NCBI GenBank assembly: GCA_965205335.1
Contig: OZ242164.1
Location: forward strand, 1,120,001-1,184,000
Direction: 5' to 3'
Length of the DNA stretch: 64,000 nt
Source of the DNA: Candidatus Woesearchaeota archaeon
GTDB lineage: Archaea > Nanobdellota > Nanobdellia > Woesearchaeales > UBA583
The position numbers were made by a program, and so were the translations under genes. How positions within the stretch are numbered: the first letter of the stretch is position 1; each line of letters starts with the position of its first letter. Below the pieces are notes generated by a model. It did no database searches. It worked only from the letters and a program-made list of their open reading frames with translations, and had not been told where the DNA came from. Positions 30,908 to 40,632 of the stretch are shown here, one piece after another.

Positions 30908-31354
30908 TCAGAATTTATTTTCATATTTTTTAAGAGCATAAGGAAGTTGAGAATGCAGATTAGAAGGAAGTGAATCCTTTGTAAACCAACCTATATCATC
31001 AAACTTGTGGGGTTCACCTATTTTTACCATATCTCTATCAACAAGAACTTTAAAATCAAGTGCAACCCAATGAGTTTTAGTGCCATCTCCTAATTCCCTA
31101 TGAACATCCCTATATCCTAAAAATTCATACTCAATAACATCTGTGCAATATTCTTCCTTTATTTCCTTTCTTAGAGTCTCTTTAATAGAATCTCCGAATT
31201 CAAGTGCTCCACTTCCACAATCCCATTTCCCATTTTCATCTCTACAATTTGCACTTCTTTTAGCAAGTAATAACTTCCCATTATTATCAAAGCAGAAATA
31301 AACAACACAAATTCCAGTATAATCCACTCCTTTTTTCATAATAAAAATCCCCAA
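30908..31354 (-). CDS. NUDIX hydrolase
   Basis: Nudix box GALEFGDSIKETLRKEIKEE. Confidence 0.88.
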   Translation of the reverse strand: MGIFIMKKGVDYTGICVVYFCFDNNGKLLLAKRSANCRDENGKWDCGSGALEFGDSIKETLRKEIKEEYCTDVIEYEFLGYRDVHRELGDGTKTHWVALDFKVLVDRDMVKIGEPHKFDDIGWFTKDSLPSNLHSQLPYALKKYENKF

Positions 31355-31408
31355 TAAATTATCAATTATAAGCTTATCCTAATTAGTAATATTTTACACA
31401 TTCCTTTC

Positions 31409-31744
31409 TTATCTAAAGAACTTAATAGCCAATGGATAATCCCATAACTCACCATTAGTTGCTTTAACAATTGCAATAATTGGAAATACAATATTAAGTA
31501 TTACAAGTGCTATCACAAGAAAAATCCCAATTAATACAAATGTAAGTATAAATGAGATGACAAAATATATAAGAAAACTAAATTGCCAGTTCAGAGCTTT
31601 TTTAGAATGTTCTTTCAAAGAATCATCTTCCGCCACACAGTATGTAATTAGAGGCCCAATAAAACCTGTAAGAATTCCAAGCAGATGAGCAAGAAATCCT
31701 AAGTCATTATTTGAATTATTTTCTGCCATAATGATTACTATCAA
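31409..31744 (-). CDS. DUF4870 family membrane protein
   Basis: LAHLLG..GPLI..HSKKALNWQ..WDYPLAI. Confidence 0.8.
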   Translation of the reverse strand: MIVIIMAENNSNNDLGFLAHLLGILTGFIGPLITYCVAEDDSLKEHSKKALNWQFSFLIYFVISFILTFVLIGIFLVIALVILNIVFPIIAIVKATNGELWDYPLAIKFFR

Positions 31745-31976
31745 TAATATTTATTATAATTCTTTCTATTCACACTTAGGTAAAAATCCCTTAAATAAGC
31801 ATTTGATAATTAAAATTTCATATTTATTTCAATATTAGATATTTTATAAGTTTGAAAATTTTTAATGAATAAATTTTATCTATCACCTAAAAAAATTAAT
31901 CAAATAATTTCCTTATATGCTTAATCAGAAGTACTATCAAAAGTTTTATAAATATATTAGCATTAATTTTACCTTA

Positions 31977-32087
31977 GAAGGTTCATATAGCTTCGGGTTA
32001 CACCTGTTCCCATCTCGAACACAGAAGTTAAGACGAGTTAGCCCAAATGAGTACTGTTATACAACGGAAAAATTTAGGTGACCTTCA
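31977..32087 (+). rRNA. rrf: 5S rRNA (stand-alone)
   Basis: Conserved CACCTGTTCCCATCTCGAACACAGAAGTTAAG and AGTACTG; terminal helix GAAGGT/ACCTTC; upstream TATA box. Confidence 0.88.
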
Positions 32088-32210
32088 TTTTGAAAAACTA
32101 ATTCTAAAATTTGTGTTCAACATACTATATATCTATCTTAGAATACAAACTAAAAATAAAAAATTATAAAAAATTACTCCAGAAAAAAATTTCCCTTTGC
32201 AAATACTTAA

Positions 32211-33617
32211 CTACAATTTCTTAACTTCTCTCATTAAAATCTTATTAACAATCTGGGGTTTTGCAGTTCCCTTAGTTTCTTTCATAACAATTCCCACAAT
32301 AAAATTTAATGCCTTATTATTCCCATTCTTATAATCATCAACTGCCTTGGGAGAACCCAAAAGAGCCTTCCTAACCAACTCCTCAATTAACTTTGTATCC
32401 TGAATTAAAAGCAAACCTTTCTTATTAACATACTTCTCAACATCAAACTTCTCATCATACAATTTCTCTAAAACTTTCTGGGTAGTTGTATATGAAATAC
32501 TTTCCTTTCCTAAAAGTTCAATTAGTTTTGTAATTTCTTCTTTAATATCTTTCTTTTCCAAATCTATAAAGGACTCACTATGATAATTCAAAACCCTCAA
32601 AATTTCTCGCCTTAAAAACAATCCAACCTCTTTTGGATGCAAATTCTTATCAACAGCATGCTCAAAAATCTGAGTTAAATACAAATTTGAAACAAGAACC
32701 TCGACTGTCTCATCATCAAAACCATATTTAGAATACTTCTCTCTTTTAACACATGGCAACTCTGGAAGTTCACTTTTAAGTTTTCTAATAATTTCATCTG
32801 ATATAACAAGATTGGGAAGATCAGGTTCTGGTGTAAACATATAATCTTGAGCATTTTCCTTTGATCTCATAAACTCTGTTTCATCAAGTTCCTCATTATA
32901 ACGTCTTGTTTCCTGCAAAACCTTCTTCCCATTAGAAACTAACTCTTTCTGCCTTCTAATCTCAGCTTCTGCTGCAGCAACAATATTACTATATGAATTC
33001 ACATTCTTAATCTCAACCCTTTGGAATCCTGATTTCTTTATTGAAACATTAACATCAGATTTAATACCAAATTCTTCATTATAAATATCTAAATACTTTC
33101 CAATAAGAATTAATTCTTTAAGCCACTTCTTTAACTTATCTGTTGAATGAAAATCAGGCATTGTAACGATTTCAGCCAGAGGAAAACCAGCCCTGTTATA
33201 ATTAATCTCTCCGGTTTTAGGGTCCCATGCTGCAGGATTTTCTTCAAGATGAATTTCGCTCATTCTAATTCCATTTAACTTTCCAGAAATTGCATTCTCC
33301 TTAATATGCCCTCCTGAAACAGTTCTCTGATACCCAGAAGGCATATCTGGCCAGACATAGTGTTTTCTCTGAAAATTAGTTCTCTTTGTAATCTTTGAAT
33401 TGCATACAAGTCCAAGTTTTAAAACTCCAAAAAGTGCTCTCTTATTTGGGAGCATTGGTTTTGAACCTGGTTGGCTTGTGCACCTTGGACAAATTGTTGT
33501 ATTAACCTCTGTATTCTTACTTGGAATCCTACAATTGCAGAAAAGTTTCTCATTTGTTTTAAGATGCATATGAACCTCAAGCCCAATCTTAACATCATGT
33601 GAACTTTTTTCACTCAT
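32211..33617 (-). CDS. gatB: Asp/Glu-tRNA amidotransferase subunit B
   Basis: IGLEVH, FQRKHYVWPDMPSGYQ, RVEIKNVNS, PEPDLP and a C-terminal Yqey-like domain. Confidence 0.93.
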   Translation of the reverse strand: MSEKSSHDVKIGLEVHMHLKTNEKLFCNCRIPSKNTEVNTTICPRCTSQPGSKPMLPNKRALFGVLKLGLVCNSKITKRTNFQRKHYVWPDMPSGYQRTVSGGHIKENAISGKLNGIRMSEIHLEENPAAWDPKTGEINYNRAGFPLAEIVTMPDFHSTDKLKKWLKELILIGKYLDIYNEEFGIKSDVNVSIKKSGFQRVEIKNVNSYSNIVAAAEAEIRRQKELVSNGKKVLQETRRYNEELDETEFMRSKENAQDYMFTPEPDLPNLVISDEIIRKLKSELPELPCVKREKYSKYGFDDETVEVLVSNLYLTQIFEHAVDKNLHPKEVGLFLRREILRVLNYHSESFIDLEKKDIKEEITKLIELLGKESISYTTTQKVLEKLYDEKFDVEKYVNKKGLLLIQDTKLIEELVRKALLGSPKAVDDYKNGNNKALNFIVGIVMKETKGTAKPQIVNKILMREVKKL

Positions 33618-33801
33618 AAATTTCCCAATGACAATTAATTTATATATCTTATTATACAGAATTTATTTAACAGAATTAATAATATTGGTGATGAGAAGAG
33701 TTTCCTCCTCCCATCTGGATACCTTAGTAACAAACAACAATTTATAAATTTATTCTTTAAGTTTTGCGTTCTTATATAAATAAATAATTATTTTTATAAT
33801 T

Positions 33802-34662
33802 ATGGATAAAATAATTCTCAAACAGCAGAAAAATGAAATTACTGAATATCACATCTATTTAAGACTATCTGAACTAGCAAAAGATGAACATAATGTCAGG
33901 ATTTTAAAGAAGATTGCTAAGCAGGAATTAAAACATTATGAATTCTGGAAATCAATAACAAGAAAAGAAATTGCACCAGACAAATTCAGAATTTCATTAT
34001 ATGTCTTTCTTGCAAGATTCGTTGATTTATCATTTGCTCTAAGGTATATGGAAAAAGGGGAAGAGAGGGCAAAAAAATTCTATGAAGTAATGAAACATAA
34101 ATATCCCCAAGTTAAAAAAATCCAAAAAGATGAAGAAGAACATGAGAACAAACTAATAGGAATTCTTAATGATGAAAGATTAACTTACTCAAGTTCAATT
34201 GTCCTCGGATTAAACGATGCATTAGTTGAATTAACAGGAACATTAGCAGGTTTAACATTTGCTTTTGGGAACTCTTTAATAGTTGGAATTACCGGACTTA
34301 TAATGGGAGTTGCGGCGTCACTTTCAATGGCGGCTTCAGAGTATTTATCAAACGAAGAGGAAGAAACCAAAGACAAAAAATCATCTATAAAATCAGCCTT
34401 ATATACTTGGATGGCATATATAATATCTGTAGTTCTATTAGTTTCTCCATATTTCATATTTGATAAAATAATGCATGCCTTTGCAGTAATGCTTACAATG
34501 ACAATATTAATAATATTTAGTTATACATTCTACATATCAGTTGCCAAAGGATTAAGCTTTAAAAAGAAATTCTCTCAAATGGCATTGATTTCACTAAGCG
34601 TTGCATTAATTAGTTTCATAATAGGAAGACTTGTAAGCATTTATTTTGGAATAGAAGTATAA
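33802..34662 (+). CDS. rubrerythrin-like/VIT1-CCC1 metal transporter
   Basis: N-terminal ExxH ferritin-like motifs; VLGLNDALVELTG and SLSMAASEYLS. Confidence 0.88.
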   Translation: MDKIILKQQKNEITEYHIYLRLSELAKDEHNVRILKKIAKQELKHYEFWKSITRKEIAPDKFRISLYVFLARFVDLSFALRYMEKGEERAKKFYEVMKHKYPQVKKIQKDEEEHENKLIGILNDERLTYSSSIVLGLNDALVELTGTLAGLTFAFGNSLIVGITGLIMGVAASLSMAASEYLSNEEEETKDKKSSIKSALYTWMAYIISVVLLVSPYFIFDKIMHAFAVMLTMTILIIFSYTFYISVAKGLSFKKKFSQMALISLSVALISFIIGRLVSIYFGIEV

Positions 34663-34773
34663 AATTTACAAGAGAACCTTTAACATACTTATTAATTCTT
34701 TATATTTATACGACTCTTATACAACTCAAGTGTAATATAAAACTATATAAACTAAAAGTTCGTATAGCACATT

Positions 34774-35598
34774 ATGGATATTGAATCACTTTCCCAAATA
34801 TTAAAAAAAATTGAAACTGAGATTAAACTTAGGGGATTTTCAAAACAGACATCTAAAATGTATGTCTTATACAATCGTCAGTTTTTAGAGCGTACAAAAC
34901 TTAATCCTAAAAATGTCTGTGATGATGACATTAAATTATTTCTTGCAGAAAAGTTAGAAGAAGAACTTAGCACCAAATCAATTGCTTTAATTAAAGCCGC
35001 TCTCATTTTTTATTATAATGAGATTTTAGGAAATAACTTTGACATAAAAACTCCAAAAATTAAAAAATCAACACCAGTTGTTATGACAAAAGAAGAGATT
35101 GCAAGATTATTTTCTGTAATTAAAAACAAAAAACACCTTATCATAATGAAACTATATTATGGCTCAGGCTTTCGTTTATCTGAGGCAATTAGCCTAAAAA
35201 AGAAAGATATAGATTTTAATGAGAATGTAATATGGATTCGTGATGGTAAAGGAGGAAAAGACAGAATGAGCATAATCTCCCAATCTATGTCAAAACAGTT
35301 AGAGGAATTCACAGAGCATATTGGAAAAGATGATTTTGTCTTTACAAATTCAAGAGGAGATCCCATATCGCAAAGACAGGTCCAGAAAATAATTGAGAAA
35401 GCTAAAATAGAAGCAAACATTCAGAAAGACGTTCATATTCACACATTAAGGCATTCTTTTGCAACTCATTTATTAGAAGCAGGAACGGACATAAGAAAAA
35501 TTCAGGAACTCTTAGGACATAGCGATTTATCGACAACACAGATTTATACAAGAGTAACAAATGAAGAACTAAAAAAAGTCAAAAGTCCGTTAGATTAA
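34774..35598 (+). CDS. xerA: XerA-type tyrosine recombinase
   Basis: GFRLSE, GKGGKDR, HTLRHSFATHLLE and LLGHSDLSTTQIY; no IntI-specific insertion. Confidence 0.88.
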   Translation: MDIESLSQILKKIETEIKLRGFSKQTSKMYVLYNRQFLERTKLNPKNVCDDDIKLFLAEKLEEELSTKSIALIKAALIFYYNEILGNNFDIKTPKIKKSTPVVMTKEEIARLFSVIKNKKHLIIMKLYYGSGFRLSEAISLKKKDIDFNENVIWIRDGKGGKDRMSIISQSMSKQLEEFTEHIGKDDFVFTNSRGDPISQRQVQKIIEKAKIEANIQKDVHIHTLRHSFATHLLEAGTDIRKIQELLGHSDLSTTQIYTRVTNEELKKVKSPLD

Positions 35599-35808
35599 TT
35601 CTTGCAGAAGATTTTATTTTCCCTAAATATTATTAAGGAACTTTCTTAAAACTTTTAATTCCATAGAATTGAGCATAGAATATAATCCTATTATTTAAAT
35701 AAAAAGACTCAATTAAAAACATTGTAAAGATTAAATATGTGACATTTATACTACTTCATTTTTAGGATATGAAGATGTATCTCTATGTCCATTCTGCATT
35801 CTGAGAAC

Positions 35809-36357
35809 CTATGTACTTTCCAAGGCACAACTATCAGGTGGTGGGATTATAATATCTCTACTATATTTTCCTCTACATCTCTCTATTTCTTTCAACACAG
35901 CACGTGGATCATCATGTGTGGAAAGAAGATATTTTTTGGGTGTTAAAACTGTTAGTTCAAGACTATTACATTCTTTAGGAATGGTATTATGATGGTTTGT
36001 GAGACATACCAAATTTATCTCTGACATAGCATTTTTATTTTTATTTTTAAGATGTGTGAATATCCTCCTTGCATTTTCTATTTCATTTAAAATAGATGAT
36101 TTTTCATTAGTAGCTATCACTTTAATATAGCGTTTAATCGTTAATTCTTCAAAATATAAATCTAAAATAGCAGGAAATCCATTATCAATGTTTAATTTAA
36201 GGTCTTTGCAAGAACTACTAACCGTATCTTGTGTTATATTTTTTTGATGAGAATAAAGATAGTCTTGTATATGGTTATGTATAGAATAAGGATAATCTGA
36301 CCTGAGAATATAACCTCGTTCACAAATCTCATAAAGATTTCTATCTCTTCCTAACAT
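35809..36357 (-). CDS. hypothetical protein, paralog of 36613-37158
   Basis: Shared YxxCER, DY, DLY and (V/I)ATN(E/D) motifs and a Pro-containing C-terminus. Confidence 0.7.
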   Translation of the reverse strand: MLGRDRNLYEICERGYILRSDYPYSIHNHIQDYLYSHQKNITQDTVSSSCKDLKLNIDNGFPAILDLYFEELTIKRYIKVIATNEKSSILNEIENARRIFTHLKNKNKNAMSEINLVCLTNHHNTIPKECNSLELTVLTPKKYLLSTHDDPRAVLKEIERCRGKYSRDIIIPPPDSCALEST

Positions 36358-36462
36358 AACTATTAAGTAATAACATTTTATTTATAAAATTATGTATTGA
36401 TTAATCTTAAATTATCTGCTAAAAATTCCAAAATTACTTTTCATTTTCCTAACTTAGCATAT

Positions 36463-36537
36463 GATTTATCTACAACGCAGATTTACACAAGGGTAACAAA
36501 CGAAGAATTAAAGAAAGTCAAAAGTCCATTAGATTAA
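36463..36537 (+). repeat. second copy of the xerA 3' end (24 codons plus stop)
   Basis: Matches 35524-35598 with 8 substitutions; encodes the identical peptide DLSTTQIYTRVTNEELKKVKSPLD*. Confidence 0.95.
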
Positions 36538-36612
36538 TTCTTACAAGAATCTAAGGTTATAACCTTTCTATTGTTTTCAGTACTTTTTTTATCTCTAGGT
36601 CCATTATTTTTA

Positions 36613-37158
36613 TCACTTAAGAGCCCCTTCAGGTATAGGAATTCCAATAAACTTTAGGTTATTATTATTATTATTATTTTTATCATTATTTCTATACACT
36701 TTATCTGCTGCTTCTTGGTCACCCCTTGAAAGAATATTGTAATTAAAACTTATAATTCGTACATCAATTTTATTACATTCTTTAGAGAAGGGTTCAATTA
36801 GATGTACCAAATGTCCATTTATTTTATTATTATTTTTTCCATCTGCAATTCTCTTATATCCCTTAAATATATTTTTCATTCCACATATGTGAGCTAGGCG
36901 ATCATTAGTGGCTACAATTTCAGCGTAGTGTATTTTCCCTCCTATTTTTCCAATATATAGATCGAAAAAGATATTTGGTTCCCCAGATTTTTCTAACGTG
37001 GCATTTGTACTCTTAAATGTAATATCCACTCCATTAATTAGCATTTTATGTGGATTATGGTATAAATGCTGTCTTATAATTTCTTGTAATTTATGATTAT
37101 AATCAGGCTTCGTTACATAATAACGTTCACAATTATCATAAGTTTCTTCCTCTATCAT
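36613..37158 (-). CDS. hypothetical protein, paralog of 35809-36357, with an (AAT)n poly-Asn tract
   Basis: Motifs shared with the paralog; poly-Asn encoded near 36658-36678. Confidence 0.7.
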   Translation of the reverse strand: MIEEETYDNCERYYVTKPDYNHKLQEIIRQHLYHNPHKMLINGVDITFKSTNATLEKSGEPNIFFDLYIGKIGGKIHYAEIVATNDRLAHICGMKNIFKGYKRIADGKNNNKINGHLVHLIEPFSKECNKIDVRIISFNYNILSRGDQEAADKVYRNNDKNNNNNNNLKFIGIPIPEGALK

Positions 37159-37203
37159 GACTATTATGTATCTATCTTAGATTTATAAATTTATTGTATT
37201 GAT

Positions 37204-37331
37204 GGCTCTGTCCGAAAATTCAAGAGAACTTAAAATGTTATATAAATAAAGCAATTTTTGACAAATATTTTTTTTCTTTGATTGAATATAGTTAGCATAA
37301 ATTTTGGAAAAAACAATTTTCGGACAGAGCC
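37204..37331. mobile_element. 128-bp MITE
   Basis: Perfect 17-bp TIR GGCTCTGTCCGAAAATT; 8-bp TSD GTATTGAT at 37196-37203 and 37332-37339. Confidence 0.9.
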
Positions 37332-37340
37332 GTATTGATT

Positions 37341-37427
37341 GACTTTGTTCAAAAAGTCTATATTTTGTGTTATAAATTTTTAAAATATACTATATATTGA
37401 TATTTTAACTACTTTTTGAACAAAGCT
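37341..37427. mobile_element. 87-bp MITE (same family as 62972-63058, opposite orientation)
   Basis: TIR core CTTTGTTCAAAAAGT; 9-bp TSD GTATTGATT/ATATTGATT; interior homologous to 62972-63058. Confidence 0.85.
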
Positions 37428-37470
37428 ATATTGATTATTCTTAAATTTAAATAAAAAAATAAATAAATAT

Positions 37471-38118
37471 TTATCTTGTGTAGTAGAAACCAGCGCAGAA
37501 TATATGCTCATTAGATCTCTCACAATATGTTGATTTAAACGCTTCTTCATTAGTTCTTGGAACTGTGAATATATATTCTATCCATTTTCCTTCTTCTGTA
37601 GTATTAGAAATTTCCTCTCCGTAACGATTACCTAATCTATCTACTAAATGAGATATCTGATTATTCTCCAAATCTTTTCTGAAGGGATGAGCAACATTAT
37701 TTCCTCCTTTAATCACAGATACATATATATCATCTTCTACATATACTCCATCGCTAACATCTTTTAATGTTTTCTGAGGATCTTGGTTGAAATCTTCAAT
37801 TGACCTTTTTACCAAAGCAACAGACTGCTTTGCCTCATATGATTTATATCCTTCCCCATCTGCAATTCTCTTTGTTCTCTTATCTAAGTCCGAAGGTTCA
37901 TTCATGTCATATTTCTTTATATGTTTATTGTTACAATATTCTTCCCTATTCCATTTTCCTCTTTTGTCAGATATGCATTTCTTATCACCATACCCTCCTC
38001 CGTAACATTTCCCTTTCTTGTCATCATAATTATCGTGAACTGAACTAAAAACAAAAATCCCAAACAATAACACATGTATGACCACCAATACTACTATAAT
38101 TTCTTTAAAGTGTTTCAT
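37471..38118 (-). CDS. membrane-anchored single Cache-domain protein
   Basis: N-terminal TM; DIYVSV..VAHP..DRLGNRY..GKWIEY..KSTY..CAGFY. Confidence 0.8.
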   Translation of the reverse strand: MKHFKEIIVVLVVIHVLLFGIFVFSSVHDNYDDKKGKCYGGGYGDKKCISDKRGKWNREEYCNNKHIKKYDMNEPSDLDKRTKRIADGEGYKSYEAKQSVALVKRSIEDFNQDPQKTLKDVSDGVYVEDDIYVSVIKGGNNVAHPFRKDLENNQISHLVDRLGNRYGEEISNTTEEGKWIEYIFTVPRTNEEAFKSTYCERSNEHIFCAGFYYTR

Positions 38119-38272
38119 TTTTATTTCCTAATATTACATAAGTTAAAATATAAGAATAACTTATAACAATTCAGGGCAACAACAAGTATTTAAACTTTTT
38201 GTTTATTGAGAATTAGATTTCAAAATACTCTTCTTCCTAATACAAATAACAAAATTATATAAACAAAACTCT

Positions 38273-39649
38273 TTGAAAAATATTATGAACTTGAAAAACT
38301 TTGGTGTGGAAACAAATGAAGAAAAAAACAAACCAAAAGAAATAATTGACTCTAAACTGAACCTTAACACCAAAGAAATTGCCCAAAAATTTAAACTCCA
38401 GAACACTGAAACATATCTCCCTTGGTTTCTTAAATATGAACTAAATGATTACAAAGACCTAATAATAACATCTCAAATTCAGAAAATAATAGACTTCATT
38501 GAAACCTTTCAAACCAAAAACAAAAAAAAAGCAATCCTTCTATATGGTCCTGCCGGCTCTGGAAAAACAACAACACTAACTCTTTTTGGAAACCATTACA
38601 ACTACGAAGTACTTGAACTGAACGCATCAGATAACAGAAATAAAAAATCAATTGAAGAAACCGTTGGAATTGCAGTAAAACAAAAATCCTTATTTGGAAA
38701 AAACAAACTAATACTGATAGATGAAGCAGACGGAGTTTCAGGCAGAGATGACAGAGGAGGAATAAGTGCACTTGCAAAAATAATAAAAGAATCAAACTAC
38801 CCAATAGCATTCACAGCAAACGATGGAGAATCCGAAAAAATAAAAGTCCTAAAAAAATTATGCATTTACATTGACTTTGAAAATCATTCACAAGAACTCC
38901 TTCTAAAAATCGGAATGAAAATCCTAAAAGCCGAAAATATAAAATACAAAAAGGAAGAACTAAAAGAATTCATCTTAAAAAGAAATGAGACAGACATTCG
39001 TGGTTTCATAAACGACTTACAGGCATTATCATACAATAACGAACTGAATGTACAGGAAGACTTAGAACTAAGAGATTACAAAAAAAAAATAGAAACCCTT
39101 CTAAACAAAATCTATTTCTCATACCCAGAAGACTCATTTAAAAGCGGATATAACACAGATGTAAACTTAGACGAACTATTTCTTTATCTTGAAGAGAACA
39201 CTCCAGATGTATACTCAAAAACTGCTTTAATCACTGCTCTAAACGAAATATCAAAAGCAGACATTTTCAGAGGCAGAATAAGAAAATGGCAGCATTGGAG
39301 ATTTTTAGTATACGTAAACTTTTACCTAACATACGCAGTATCCAATGCAAAAGATGTTCCCAAAAAAATAGACAAATACAAAAGAAACAGAAGAATACTT
39401 TCCAAATGGATTTATGCAAACAAAGTAAACAGCCTCTCACAAAGAACCAAACTTCAAAAAAAAAACAAAGACCCGGAAAAACTAATAGAAAAACTCTCAA
39501 AACTATACAAACGCTCAGCAAAAAAAACAAGAGCGGAAGACTTATTTTACTTTGCAAAAATATATCAAAACAATGAACAATTCCAAAAAGAAATGGACAA
39601 AACACTTCAAATAAACGATTCCGAAAAAAAAACATTACTTGAATTATGA
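38273..39649 (+). CDS. rfcL: replication factor C large subunit
   Basis: GPAGSGKTT, LELNASDNR, IDEADG and ISKADIFRGRIRKWQHWRF. Confidence 0.92.
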   Translation: MKNIMNLKNFGVETNEEKNKPKEIIDSKLNLNTKEIAQKFKLQNTETYLPWFLKYELNDYKDLIITSQIQKIIDFIETFQTKNKKKAILLYGPAGSGKTTTLTLFGNHYNYEVLELNASDNRNKKSIEETVGIAVKQKSLFGKNKLILIDEADGVSGRDDRGGISALAKIIKESNYPIAFTANDGESEKIKVLKKLCIYIDFENHSQELLLKIGMKILKAENIKYKKEELKEFILKRNETDIRGFINDLQALSYNNELNVQEDLELRDYKKKIETLLNKIYFSYPEDSFKSGYNTDVNLDELFLYLEENTPDVYSKTALITALNEISKADIFRGRIRKWQHWRFLVYVNFYLTYAVSNAKDVPKKIDKYKRNRRILSKWIYANKVNSLSQRTKLQKKNKDPEKLIEKLSKLYKRSAKKTRAEDLFYFAKIYQNNEQFQKEMDKTLQINDSEKKTLLEL

Positions 39650-39694
39650 ATAATCAAACCTTAAATAACTCACACAAAAAAATTAAACACAGAT

Positions 39695-40216
39695 TTAATC
39701 TGCTTGATAATACCCAGCGCAGAGTATATGTTCCTCAACTTTCCTACAGTATGTTGATTTAGGCGCCTGTTTATCAGTCTCGGGAATAGTGAAAACATAA
39801 TTTATCCATTTACCATCTTCTGTTGTAGTAACAATATCTTTCCCAAAATAATAATCATTAACATCTTTCAGCTCTGTCACTTTAGTATTTTCTAAATCCT
39901 TCCTATATGGATGTCCTACAATATATTCCCCCTTAACTGCAAAAACATACAAATCATTATAAATATAAGTATCACCCCTAATACCACTTAAAGTGCTCTC
40001 CTTGTCAATATTATAATCTCTAATTGCACTATCAATTAACTTCATTGCCAGCTTTACTCTCACAGAATAATCATCATAACTATCTCTCATATCATCTCCA
40101 TAATAATCCATCTTTCTATAAGAATTCTTATCATGAGCAGAAATTACCACAAAAGCCCCTAAAAGCAACACCACTAAAACTAACAACACTACAACTGTTT
40201 CTTTAAAATGTTTCAT
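39695..40216 (-). CDS. membrane-anchored single Cache-domain protein (paralog of 37471-38118)
   Basis: Same MKHFKE start; DLYVFA..GHPYRKDLEN..GKWINYVF..KSTY..CAGYY. Confidence 0.8.
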   Translation of the reverse strand: MKHFKETVVVLLVLVVLLLGAFVVISAHDKNSYRKMDYYGDDMRDSYDDYSVRVKLAMKLIDSAIRDYNIDKESTLSGIRGDTYIYNDLYVFAVKGEYIVGHPYRKDLENTKVTELKDVNDYYFGKDIVTTTEDGKWINYVFTIPETDKQAPKSTYCRKVEEHILCAGYYQAD

Positions 40217-40380
40217 CTTGATTTTTCCCAATATTATTGCACTACATTATTGTATACAAAAATATTATACAAATATCCATTCAACTTAATATTTAAACTT
40301 TTCCATTAAAAAATTATAATAACAGACGCAAAACAATTTTAATGTTTACAACTAAATAAAGAAATAAAAAATACTCAATG

Positions 40381-40531
40381 AACTAGAACACATATTCACT
40401 AAAATTTTTGTTCTATTCCAATAATATCAAAATAAGTGCTAAAAATTTCAAGTGTAACTTAAACTACAATTTTAATCATAGCATTTTTACTAAAAAAAAT
40501 TATGCCTGAATTGCAATTTATTAAATCAGAA
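40381..40531 (+). repeat. dispersed intergenic repeat, copy 1
   Basis: Shares collinear blocks with 61275-61374, including the exact 27-mer CCTGAATTGCAATTTATTAAATCAGAA. Confidence 0.8.
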
Positions 40532-40632
40532 ACCCTGTCTCGATGCATTTTACTATCTTTAAATTTAGCAAAACTCTTATAAATTACAGGAATTGTTACA
40601 ATGATATATAAAAAGAAGGAAAATCAAGCAAA

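Noticed and set aside
34774-37445. Classical integron (IntI plus attC cassettes)
   Set aside because: The recombinase lacks the IntI-specific insertion and no attC-type RYYYAAC..GTTRRRY hairpins were found; the repeated unit is the xerA tail
40249-40276. Alternative dif-like palindrome (TTGTATAC..TTATACAA)
   Set aside because: Almost pure A/T with poor arm symmetry; far from the skew switch
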